Shown: positions 1-12,000 of the stretch, piece by piece | Layout: every line of letters begins with the position of its first letter | How positions within the stretch are numbered: position 1 is the first letter of the stretch | Assembly (NCBI GenBank): GCA_000934665.2 | Contig: JYFJ02000966.1 | Location: forward strand, 62,001 to 98,423 | DNA length: 36,423 nt | DNA from: Catajapyx aquilonaris | Lineage: Eukaryota | Direction of reading: 5' to 3' | The notes under the pieces: generated by a model | What the model saw: only the letters and a program-made list of their open reading frames with translations | Told to the model about the DNA's origin: nothing | The model's database searches: none | Translations under genes and position numbers: made by a program

Positions 1-2471
1 CTAATGTCGACCATCTATGTAAAACTAGTGAACCTTGGTGCCAAAATATTTGGCAAAACCTATACAATGAGTATGACAATAACAAACAACTTTAATGAGA
101 TAGCCCATCGATTTTACCACGTAGTATTACTCTTCACGCATAGATGGCGCATGCTCCCTCTGAACACTCCTGTCACTCTCAAGCCGTGCGGGAGAGAGTG
201 GTACTATCAGGTCGGGCAAACATTCGACGTAGAGATGAATAAGCCTATTATGAGAAAGACGTTAGAGGTAAACAACTATAAGCCTGGATCTTAATATCCT
301 ATGTGCTGTATTTTAGAAACCATTAATCGTGACGAATGCCTTCGTAAATATGCTAAAATCGCCCTTAAACCCTGATTTAATTATGTCAAATCCGGGTTAA
401 CTCGCCTTAAAAGAGCGGGTCCGGTGTTAATAAAAACAAGGAGGGGGGTTTTTGCTTCAGCCTCATTTTCTGAGGCCCTTGCTGAGAACCATAAATTGCC
501 GTGTCGGATGCCTCATTAGTCATGTTCTCCACGGGTTGGCGCCAAAGCAATGGATTCAAATTCTGATTCGTCATGACCGGAATAGGATTTTTCAGCAATT
601 ATTATCAGAAGAAGGTCACGAGAGCAATTTGAATAAATTAAGTTTGGCCTGTAACGCATTACAAATGCACTCTTGTAACTTTTCCACTAAGCAAGTGCTC
701 GGCACTTGTAACGGAAATGTTTTCAATCTTCATACATAGAATACTGTAAATTGAAGTTGTAATTTTAAAATTCGTCTGTTTTCCATTTAAAATTCACTGT
801 ACGAAATGTTGTTGCTGAATGTTTTGACTAAGTGCGTGATTCATTTTTGTGACACACCTTACCTAAGATTTATTTATTATTTGAGCACCGATTGTGATAC
901 CTAATAGCTTTGGAAGCAATTAGTTTGTGAGTTGACCTGATAACCCGCTGATAATCCGAGTTTCTTGAATGAAAGGCAGTATATATCGAAGGGGAGTATT
1001 CAGATGTTGTTCAGGTGGAGCCCCCATTTGACTCTAAGGGGCTTGCATTTTTACAAGGGTCTTCTCTTCCTTCCATTCGAAGCAGTTATGTAGGGCTTGG
1101 GGGGGCCAAACTGGAGCCCTTTTTTGTGCCCCATGTATATAGTAGGGTGAGGTCGAACATATATATATAAAAAAGGAAAGAAGACTAAAAAAATCCTGCG
1201 GGGAAGGAGCAGGATGGACCCTCTTTTCCAAATCAGTCCCGCCTCCCTAATAAGGCCCCAAAAGGGGTTTCTTTCGATTTAATTGGGAAACTTTTCCAAT
1301 GAGTACTTGGATATATATTTTTTTTATATTCCAGGACTAACAAGCCCGCGCCGTTGCAGCCTGCAATTAACTGATCTCCTGCCCATATCAATCGGTTACT
1401 CACACATCCGGTATGCCAAGTGTTTTATAGACGCTGCGTTTCTTGAGCCAGAGTTATGTCGGGTTATGCTCGATTTTGGCGAGTTTCACCCGAGGTGCTA
1501 GGACCGTTTTTTTGTGTGATTATTTTTATATATTGCTAGGGTAGGTTAAGGTATTGCTGCATCTGCTGTAGGCGATGGCCGAAGCCACCACCACTCTCAT
1601 TTCGGTTCCTGAGCTATGTAATTTCTAGACCCGAGTGGAAAGGAGAGCCGTCAACACAAATAATCCAGGTGGACGCACAAGGGTTTTATTATACGGTGTG
1701 CTCTTGCTCTCCCCCAACAAATAATTGCCCGGAGCAGGCCTGGGGAAAACGCATCTCGGTTTGCATTTTTTGAAGGTGAATTTTTGGGGTGGCCAGAATC
1801 TCACCCCCCACCTGGCATTCTTCTTCTTTCATTGGAGAAACTGATGTACGCTGCTGATGACCTCTATTCTCTTCTAAAATTGATCTGAAAATTCTTAAAG
1901 CCTAAACATGTTGGAATAACACAGTATAATATACTTTACGGCTGTGTTAAATGTGTTCAGCCTTAAGAATTGACATCACAATGGACAACAATGACTGCCA
2001 ATAATATCGTCGGTGTAACTAACAATAGGCACATGGCGTCAAAATTATTTTAAGACTGAATACATTATATATGGAATTTGGTGCTAAAAATGTGTGAGAT
2101 GGGAATACTGAGTGTTGGTTTTATTTTCTCTCAAAAAAATTTATCCGGGAGTGAGTGTTTAGGTCGAACTGTGGCAGGCGATGGCAGGCCTAGATGTCGT
2201 CCATGCTGGTCTGTTGGTGGAACCTGAAAATGAGAGAAAATTTTTAACAGTTTTTGGTTTTTATGGAATTGTAATATAATAACTTTTGGAGATGTTACTG
2301 CTGCATGGAGTGCCTGTCCCCACCGGAGTGGTTCAAATCCTAGCAAATATTTGGTGCTGAACACATTTCCGTTACTATATAAATATGAGACGGCAGAAAT
2401 TCGAGCTCGTAATAAGTTTCCGTTGCAATGAACAGGTTTCGCTGCATTATGATATATAATTTTTGCTCTCG

Positions 2472-2511
2472 ACTACACTTTTGATCTTAGCCCAAGAGGT
2501 CGCAAGGCTAT
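2472..2511 (-). pseudogene. Degenerate, 3'-truncated U2 snRNA fragment (about U2 nt 1-37)
   Basis: The minus strand reads ATAGCCTTGCGACCTCTTGGGCTAAGATCAAAAGTGTAGT. The metazoan U2 5' end, recalled from memory, is ATCGCTTCTCGGCCTTTTGGCTAAGATCAAGTGTAGT. A hand alignment gives about 31/37 identities with small insertions, including intact GGCTAAGATCAA and GTGTAGT blocks. Similarity ends after GTGTAGT, and no Sm site or downstream U2 stems follow. Confidence 0.75.
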
Positions 2512-4758
2512 TATGTTCTTGATAAAGTCGCAGCGTTATGTGCACGCACACTTATTGCACTTACAGATAAGTCTGCTCTGGTCCTCTCTAAAATATATGA
2601 ACAGTGGAAATTAATTTTTCAAGCCAGACGTCGTCCACAAGGGGGTCTATGAAGGCGCACAGCTATGAAAGCACAATTGAGCTTATCTTTATGTCAACCG
2701 TGCTGAAGTCAGATTTCATGGAGGCAGCTTAATTCACTTCCTAATACTGCTAATTACCTTATACAGTCGAGGGAAGTTGTGAAACTGCCGTCTTTTTGGG
2801 GGAGAAAATATTCATCCAGTATCATTTTATAGGGTGGGCCATATAAGCGAGGGAAACACGTCATGTGTCAAAAATTACACCCGCCTAGGTTCACCATGCC
2901 TTTTTGCAAATTGTCGCATGCGCAAGTAATTTATTGAAGAAGCATCAGCCAAGCCACGACTTTTCTAAGGCCTAACCGCAGTTTGGAGACAATTTATTGT
3001 CCGACATTTCCTCGGGCCCTGGTTAATAATGCATCATTGCAATGACAAGACGGATGGGACGCCCGGTATAGTGTATAGTGCTGGAGAGCCAAGAAGGGGG
3101 GAGGGAAAAGGTAAAAGGAAGCATGAGAAATAAAACCAACTGCAGCAGTCCGTGGGTTTTGACCCCGGAGCCAGATGGGACCCTGCACAAGTCACTCCCT
3201 GGGACACATTTACGACATTCTTTTGTCTCCGAGCATCACTCTCATTCTCCCCCCGCCATCCTCCCAACCCTCTCTTCGTTCGTTTGCGGACATGATTTCG
3301 ACCCTCTTCACCGCTGAAAAATTATGGTTACAGCCCAAGAGGAAGTTGATCTTCTTTCCAACCGTTCTTCTTTGTCAACTGCGGGGAAACCACACGGTTC
3401 TATATATGCTGGAGAGAAAGAAGACACGACACACACACACACAAAAAAAGAAAAGTGCAAAGGGAGGGTTGGTCCCGGAACACAGGGCGTGCAATTAATA
3501 CTGATGTCTTAATTAGCGTTGAAAACCAGTAGTTTAATTGGGTTTGGGTGGCTTCCCTCCACCCCCACCATAAAAATTGGTAGAAAAATGACTGGCTCCG
3601 GAATGGGTCACGTCATGCCATTTGGGACAGAGGACGACAGCTGGGTGATGTTCGCAGCTACTTCTTTTTTTTATATTCGGGAAAAACCTCATTGAGCGAT
3701 AAGCATCTCGATAAGTTTGACCACATTGTTGCCTTCCATGTTCGGGAACCACCTCTTTTCTAATGCCAGATTCACGGAAACGGGGGGGGCCGCCTTTTGG
3801 ATCGCCACAAGTCACGGGGCCTTCTGGAATTGAGACGTGTCACGTTGTCACGTGTGTGTGTGCTCCTCCTCTATATGTGCATTACTGTATATATTTGGAT
3901 GGGGAAGGAGACACCCGGGTCTTTCTCGAGTTCCGGGAAGACCCCGGAGATTTGCTGCCTCCTGATGTCGCCTGAACACGAAATATAATAAATTGCCCGA
4001 CTCATTTTTTTTCTCGTTGTTTATCAAGACTGGTGATGAAATTTACGGTTAGATNGGGAGTTTAAAAAATTGTGACTTCACTCTAAAACAGCACGGTTTT
4101 GTGTATCACAAAAATAAAGATGCATGAAATATCCTGGCAGGTACGTGTCCCTTCTTGAGACGTTACGTGTTGTATGCGTGTGTGGCCGTGCAGGTAGTAG
4201 CCAGAGGCGTAAGAAACGGCAGGCAGTTGAAACCGCAAGTGTATGTCTGTTGATGATAGGTGAGAAAGGAGCAAATCAAAGGGTTTGTTGCGGAGGCAGG
4301 GCTGGAGAATTAGTTTGAGGGTGCCATTTAACGCCGCCTCCTTCTCCTCCTCCTCCCAGCTATACAAAAGGGTACACACATCTCGATGTAAGAGATTGAT
4401 GCGCTTCTGGCGGATTACCAGCTCAACCTGTAATTCGACCGTTGCCTTTCATTTTCCAGCAACCCAAAAGGGATGGACCGTACCCTCCTCCTCCTCCTCC
4501 ACCGGTATCGTACTTTTGCTGCCTACCTGATCCCTTATTGCTGATCATGCAAATCAGAAGGTTATTTACGATTTATAATTGCCGGGTTGGGACATCAGAC
4601 CCAAGCCGGACATATACAGACACTGGCACATGTTGTATAAATTACATTTCCGTGACCCATGCCGGAATGTACACTCTGGACCGACGGATTATTCTTGTTG
4701 TTAAACAGGTTGAAATAACAAGGATAAGCCCATCAAGCGGCTGGTGATACTGAGCCTA

Positions 4759-4884
4759 TATCCTCCTGAGACCCCTAGTACACCTTTCAATCACCTTTGT
4801 TTGTTTTTTACGCTTTTGAGTTAGTCAGAAGGTGCTGGAAAAAACAAAGGTACAGTATACTGTACCAGGGGTCTCAGGAGGATA
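4759..4884. mobile_element. MITE-like non-autonomous DNA transposon (126 bp including flanking TA)
   Basis: TATCCTCCTGAGACCCCTAGTACA (4759-4782) is the reverse complement of TGTACCAGGGGTCTCAGGAGGATA (4861-4884) at 23/24 positions. There is further inner complementarity (CCTTTG..TTTTTT / AAAAAACAAAGG). Both ends carry TA (left context TATA, right TAAA). It has no coding capacity. Confidence 0.75.
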
Positions 4885-7800
4885 AAGGATAAAGTTTAAT
4901 TTTATTTGGTAGCAAGTAGATGTGTGGATATAACTGCACTTTTTTTCTGGCACGTTGGAGTTTAGGTGGCACACATATATAGAAATTGCAATAATGATAG
5001 TATAAGTATAGCGGGCTTGTTTTTAGGAGAAAGTTGCATTTGTTCTGGCATTAATCATTCTGCTGCACAGGTTTTCTCACAATTCTCAGTATCCAGCAGT
5101 TGCACAGGTGTTTACATATAATTAAGTTCATTTTGACGCTTGTTTCATTATGCGAGTGAGCGTAAAAGGTTCGCTTATAAGCTGGCTAGTATAGAAGCCA
5201 AATCTCTGCAATTGTCTCGAATTCGCTCGAAAACATGAGTTCTCGCGAGCTTGTGAATAACACACCTTGACTGTGTGTATATGCATATATAGGCCTGAAA
5301 CAATCCCGCCCAGACTAATGCTTATAATTAACGCAAATTGGGCCCGGTTTTAAGCTGACATTTTCAGATGCATGAAAGATGGCTATCTTTGGTGGCTTCA
5401 CATGCTGCGCTGCGGCACAGAAGGGCAAAACAAAAAAAAAATAAAGAGAGAGTGAAAAGTGAAATATATGTATTTTAGTTCGAGAGGAATTGAGTTGCGT
5501 GCGGACAAAAGGAGTGTGTGTATATAGTGTGCATATGTGGTTTCGGTAAAGCCGGAAGGCTGCTGCTGCTGCTATTTAATATACGGCCGCAAAATATCGG
5601 CAGCAGCGGGTGTGCTTGTGGTGCTGCTATCTGATCCTGTTTTGGAGTCCCGCAACCCTGGTTCCAACACGACCACCGTCGCTTTTGCATTGCAAATCTC
5701 CATTTTCAGGAGGCGCCTTTTCCTTCCGCTCTTCCCTCCTCAATCATGCACCTCCGACGCCAAAAACCAAGGGATCCTCTCTCTCTCTGCCCCCTCCGTC
5801 TCCGCCCACAAAACACGAATGCAACACTAGGCCGGTTGTTGTGTGTCGCCTGATGGGAAAGGATGTAACGTATACATTTAATGTGTGTGTCTTTTAATGG
5901 GATGGAACCTGAGGCTTGTTGCGGTATTAATTTCCGTTTCTGGAGGACCTGCGTGAGTTTCGATCCTCCAGGTCGCGGAAATATTAATTTTTCGGTCAAA
6001 AATCTGTCAATATAGTTTAGTGATTAATAAAGTATGGTACCTGTAAGCAAAGAAAATTTCACAAGCCTGCTGTAACAATTAAAAATATAAGTGGATGTCA
6101 CACTTGTTATATTTGCTGTGTTCGTTTTCTTAGCTGATTTGATGTCGCAGTCGACATATTTGAAAAACTTTTTGAATGTAGGCTATATGTTAATCCGAAA
6201 TTTATGCAGCTTCATTTTTGCAGATTTCAAACAAATAACTTTTAATGGACATTAAATTGAAATAAAATGCCGATAATTATGCTGCGCAGTGGTGAACATT
6301 ATTTACAGGACGTTTGGTTTTGATCGCTCGCTTGTAATGAATAATAATTTGTTGTCGTAATGCGACGTCTTTGATATCTTTAAGGGCATGTGATTCTTAT
6401 AGGTGGCATTAATAATTAATGTTGCCTTGTAATGTCCGCCCTCCTTTATCCACCTTTTATTATTGCAGTAAGTGGGTGTAACGTACTCTCTGAAGTGTTA
6501 ATAATTCTCGTCAATAAGTGTAGTTCTGAAGCGGGAAATATTAATCAGGGATTATACGTAACAAATGAAAAAAAAACTAATTTATGAAATACATCCATAA
6601 AATTGCTGGTGGAAAGGAGGATATATCAGTATTACGGTATCTCATCAATGTTCAGTTACAGCATTAACGACTTTCAAGATGGGTTTTATGTCTAAGAGGT
6701 CCCAACTCCAGCAGTGATGTCATGTTTTTGATGTTTTTAAGCATATATTTACGAAGTGTTCTATATAAGTTACATATGACATTCAATGTCTATATTATAT
6801 TTTATATTCGTAATTTCATTACACGTGTAATTCCCCTTGTTATTATTTGATCTGGTTCTTTCTACATCGCTGACTTTATACTTCTGTTATATGCGGAAAC
6901 CTGTCGTGATGGCTTTTCAGCTGTGTTTGTTTTCTTTATCTTAAAAATTGGAAATAACATTTAAATAAATGCTAAGTTATGCTGCTCAAGGTCCTCAAGG
7001 TCCACAATGAGTAACCTTGTCCTGCTCGGCTTACGTTTATTTTGAAATTTGATTTGAATAGCCACTTGACCACCCGTTGGGATCTGAGCAAAGTTTGCTC
7101 TGTTTTCCAGCCACTATACAGACTATATAGGAATGATTCAGTTGTATAATGCATCATTTTGCTGAATGCCATAAAGTTGAAAACTTTACACAGCAAGAGG
7201 AAAAGCTCACTATACGTTCATAAATTGCAAATGAGAGGTTTAATACACCATGTTGCTATATAGAATGTACACAGGACGCATATTCTGGCCTCGAGGAAAC
7301 AAAAATATTGCCCTTACTAATCGGATAATCGAGATATAAATGCAATTAATATGAATTGCACTCTGTGAGAGTTTCCCGCATTGGCGACGTTTCTTATCTC
7401 TAATCTATAGGTCAGCATGACTTGCATAAGGGATGAATCATTGCGTATAAGGTTGATTGGTGGCCTGATGTGTTTACGCTATTATGCCGTTATTCCTCTC
7501 GGTTTTTAAAATATATATATATCCGCAAATGCCACGTAGCATAAAGGGCTTTCCTGAGATGTGTCACATAAGTTGGACCTATCTCGTTTAAAATTCTGCA
7601 TGACGCCTCCTTAATAATTAAATATTTCCTCTCTCCCCCCAGCCTTGATGGCCATTGTGGTGCATGATGTGTATATGCAAAATGGGGTGGGCCTGTATGG
7701 GGGGGTTGTTTTGAAAGTGGTCATTGGGCAGGTGCGATGGCGAGGTGGGAATAAAGAGGTTGGACTTTTGCTTTTAGCCATGGGTTGGGGCGGGTTTCAT

Positions 7801-9030
7801 GCTAGCAGTTTTCTACCCCCCATACTCCCTTCTACCCCCCCTCCCACCCCTTTATATGCCCCGCCTTCCGCCGCCTAAATCATCCATCAACCGGATTAAC
7901 GTCACAGGGACACGTCAAATATGGCCCAGGTAAAAGGAAACCCACCCCTCCATCTCCCTACCTCCCTGCCTGCCCCGTGCCTGCCCACGCAAACACACGT
8001 CATGTGTTTGGCCCTGTTCCTTCCCATCGACTCAAATTACAGCATGGCGGACCCCAAGGGGGGGGGGGGAGGATGACTTGCCTTATTGTACGCAGGGGGG
8101 GCATATACTTAGGTACAGTACAGTACGGTTTGTAATAATTCTTATTGCACTGCCATTGCCCCCTAAAGGGCGATGCCATTATTGCGGTTGGTCACCCTGA
8201 CAGGATGATTTGTTGATATTGCTTGTTTAGAGAATTCCAGGCCAGATTCAATTTGTTGTAGTTGAATATCAACGTGTCCACCTTCTTGACGTGTCTAAAT
8301 TATATGCGAGTTCAAACTGCTGGACAAACAGTTCGTGCCTCTTTATGCCCTGCGTGAATTCTTTTGCATACATTTTATTACATGCGGAGGCAAAATAACA
8401 TTGTCAGCATTTGGTGTATACCATGGTGAGACAGCCTTCTCGTAGAGTACGACTTTTGTACTTGTGATATATTCAAATATTTTGTACTATTGGAAGAGTC
8501 TGCGGGGATGTACTAGAAGGAGCAGTTACGCATGGAAAAAATGTTCCTTCTATATAAAGGACCCTTCCCCTTTATGGTACAGACTCGGTATTGTGATGGC
8601 AGCGCCGGCGGAATTTGTGGCAAAAAATTGCATTCTTTTGTTTGATATTCCACGCACTACTCGTCTCAGTGAACATGCGTGATATGTGTGCATTATTATA
8701 TAGGTGTTTTTATATTAATCCAAAAGCAATGCACTTCTTTTGGTATAACCATATAGGTTTATCTTCAATATAAGTAAGGACTTATTCATCCTGTTTCAGT
8801 TTTCGGCTGTAAAAAGGCCTACATTTGCGTTAGAAAGTGGAAAAAGTCTACTGGAGGACAGGGGAATGACAGGAGTGACACTGATGCGAATATATATGTA
8901 CACCACACTCTGACAGCGTCGTTTCTGCGGTGAAAAAAGGAGACAACGTGAGTGTTAGATGCTGAGTGTGCTGCCCGATATGCCATTGGACAAAGTGTGA
9001 GAAGTGAGACAGAAAAGTTTTGTGTCCAGG

Positions 9031-9047
9031 GAGAGAGAGAGAGAGAG
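9031..9047. repeat. (GA)8 microsatellite
   Basis: Directly visible. Similar short GA/TC tracts occur at 17947-17960, 22071-22085 and 26394-26406, and a CA tract at 3429-3443. Confidence 0.9.
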
Positions 9048-12000
9048 CAGAGTAACTGCCACGGGAGGGTTTGGTGTGTATCGGGGTCGGCAAAGAGAGA
9101 TAAAAATTTGGGTAAACAGAATGGGACAGGTCCATCAGTCTTGGGTGTCCGGCGCCCTGTCCGGACGGAGACCCAGAAAAATCTGTCTTTCATGCGACAC
9201 ACTATTTTTGAAGGGGGCGGTTATGAGGAAGAGGTTTGTGTATGTGGTGGTGCATCACCATCAGCAGAAGGGAAAGACTCTTTGGCTTTCTCGGCGCCAG
9301 TTGATGGATGGCGATCGGTGCGTGGCCCCCAACGCAGACGACCACGTGATCGATGGTATTGTGACTCGTACAAAACCCAAATAGATTACTTTTGTTCACT
9401 TCCTGGGAGGTCCTCCTGCCTTAATTCCGATCCCCGAATAATGAGAATTTTGTATAGGATCTGCAGCTTCAATTGGCGAAATTTTTCGGAAATTTGTGCA
9501 CACGCACCCCTCAAAAGAGTGCGAGGAATTTGAATTTCCAGCTCGAATTCAATTAATACTTGGCATAGGCTAATTGCAATATTATCCTCATGCCCTTGGG
9601 AAAGCACTGGCAGGAATTTCGTTTTCATTTGTAAAGGAAATGAATGCCTGTAGCGGAATCTTACAGTTCCGCTACTGAACACTTGAACAGGCTTCCGTTA
9701 GATGTGCCTATAGAAATAATTAATTAAAAAATTCTACCGCATTCCTGGACCAAACAATGCAGCAATCCCATAATGGACAAGTTTACCTGAATCTAGGTAC
9801 AGATGTAACTGTATGAGTGTTGTTTCCACCTGGGACTAAACACATTGTTTGGTCATATATTGTGTTGCTGCTATAGCATGCAAAAATTCAAATATATTTT
9901 TCTCGTTTGTTTTTGCCTTTTTGCCATTTTCCCCAGTCTTAAACTGTTCATGACTTTGCAGGCGTTTTGAAGTAACATTTTTTTTGCATTTCATTCTTTG
10001 CTGAAAGGTCATGTCTTACAGTAACAATAACGTTTGCTCTGTTGGCATTAATGTTGAATTTGCATGAACTGTTCTGCTGCACTTTTGTGGCATGCAATAT
10101 GCAAAGATGGATTGTATCCTTATGACATGCAATGAACATTGAATATTTCACTTAAATCAATAATAAAGTAATTTGGTCCTATATGCTTCGATACTCGTAT
10201 ACTGTAGCAGAAGAAATCAAGAAGAAAACATGGACCTCTTCAGAGTTTCACAGTGCAACAAGAGACTATAGACAGTGGCGAAATCACAAATGGAAAGCAA
10301 ATAATCTGCTGCTATAAAATCAGATTGAAAGGAAATGAGACTCTGCGCAAAATGTCGTTGGTAATAACTTTACATTGCGAAATACGTAAACTTTTGAACA
10401 GGAATTTAGTCCATGAAACATCTGGACTACAACGTCATGTGCTATAAAACGCAACTATTCTTTTATTTGACATTCGGGTTTTCCGATAAATCACCTGAAT
10501 GTGATACACCTGGTATAGGCCTACTCGTACATTTGACAGCATAATATTATTGAGACAATTTTTGAGTTTTCGCTATTTATTGTACAAGATGTTCAGCGAA
10601 GGAAACAATTTCTTTTGTTTTAACCATTAATCATATAAACTTCAAATGGCCAAATACATTTTACAATAATGAATGGACTATAAATCACATGTATTTGTGC
10701 CTGTTTTTGCGTTATTAGCTCCATACCTATACTGCCTACACATCATTTTACATTTACAGCAATAAATATTGACTAATATAACTTTACGAGGTCGTCATGG
10801 TTAGCATGAATTGCGTGCTGCATAAGTGCATATCTTGACGTGGTGCAATTTATTCTGCCTGCAGTAAAGTTATACATGAGAATGGGAGTAGTAATTTTGT
10901 ATGTTAGATCCAGATCATGAATGGCTAAAAAATCTTGTGTCCCAGGACAAGAATATTAAAATTGACATACGCAGAGGTCATGTCATTCCCCGCGCCTATA
11001 TTGATTAATACCTGCCCTGTGATATATTCGGCGCAGGCACAAAGGGAGTATAGGCGTGATGGGAGCAGTCCTGCACTTTTCCTGGAAGAAGAAATAGCAA
11101 AGTGCCTGAAAATTTAATGTCCCCGGTTCCAATTTAGCCCAGCACATGCTATATATTCACACCATTAGAGGCAGGCTACTCTATGTGATGTCCATGCGAA
11201 GCAATCAGGGACTGAAACTCCGCTGCTTCACCTATATATTTGTAGACATTTTGCACGGTATTTGAGCCTTTCGTTTCGTATATTACATATCAATAATGCA
11301 CCAAAACAGCGCGCCAGGCGAAAAATAAACAATCGCATATTAACTATTGATTTCCAGAATTGTATACTGTTGCAGTTTTCGACAGTCAGTATTGCACGCT
11401 CGTCTCGTGTGGAAGTTTAGTGTGCAAAAATGTGTGTACTACACAGTCAGTGCACATTTATACAGTAACTGAATATTTTAATCAGTCTGCCTGTCGTGTC
11501 ATTTTCTAACATAATTGTTCAAGGCCTAGAAAACTTACAGCAAAAATTTTTACAATTACAACCTGTTCAGTGGAATTTTTTCTGCCCAAGTTTCTTCATT
11601 TTGGATAAGTTCCCCGGCCTGGATTTATACTCGCAGGAGACGCAGTTGTGAATGTAGGGAAATGACAATAAAACATTGGTAAGAACATTTCAGAAATATG
11701 ACCAAGATGTACAGGGTGTGCACTACCAAAGTGCACAGTTCAAGATATGGAAATGAGGAGGTTTGGGAGTGTTTAGTATTGCAACCAGTTTTTCGTAAAA
11801 GCACAATTAATTTGGTCCTTATATTGCTGCTTCCTATATACTTTATAATTATACTGGTTGATTATCTTCCATACGAATGATGGGATGAACATCTTTAACA
11901 TCTCTCACAGATAAACCTATTATGGATACATTAGGAACACTCCATTACAATTTTTATGGGTGTCTACTTAACACTAAATTACGTCTCCCTTTCACTGGGA

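Noticed and set aside
2330..2340. Pol III B-box-like GGTTCAAATCC
   Set aside because: There is no 5-bp T-stem, no convincing A-box and no cloverleaf.
4055..4055. Single N base
   Set aside because: It is an assembly ambiguity, not biology, though it may mark a contig join.
5156..5190. Helitron-3'-end-like hairpin followed by CTAG|T
   Set aside because: The stem is weak and relies on G-T pairs, and no 5' end or second copy is visible.
9650..9675. 9-bp perfect hairpin GTAGCGGAA/TTCCGCTAC, and similar 7-11 bp stems at 21651, 24736, 25737 and 36047
   Set aside because: Stems of this length with variable loops are expected by chance in a window this size, and there is no supporting context.
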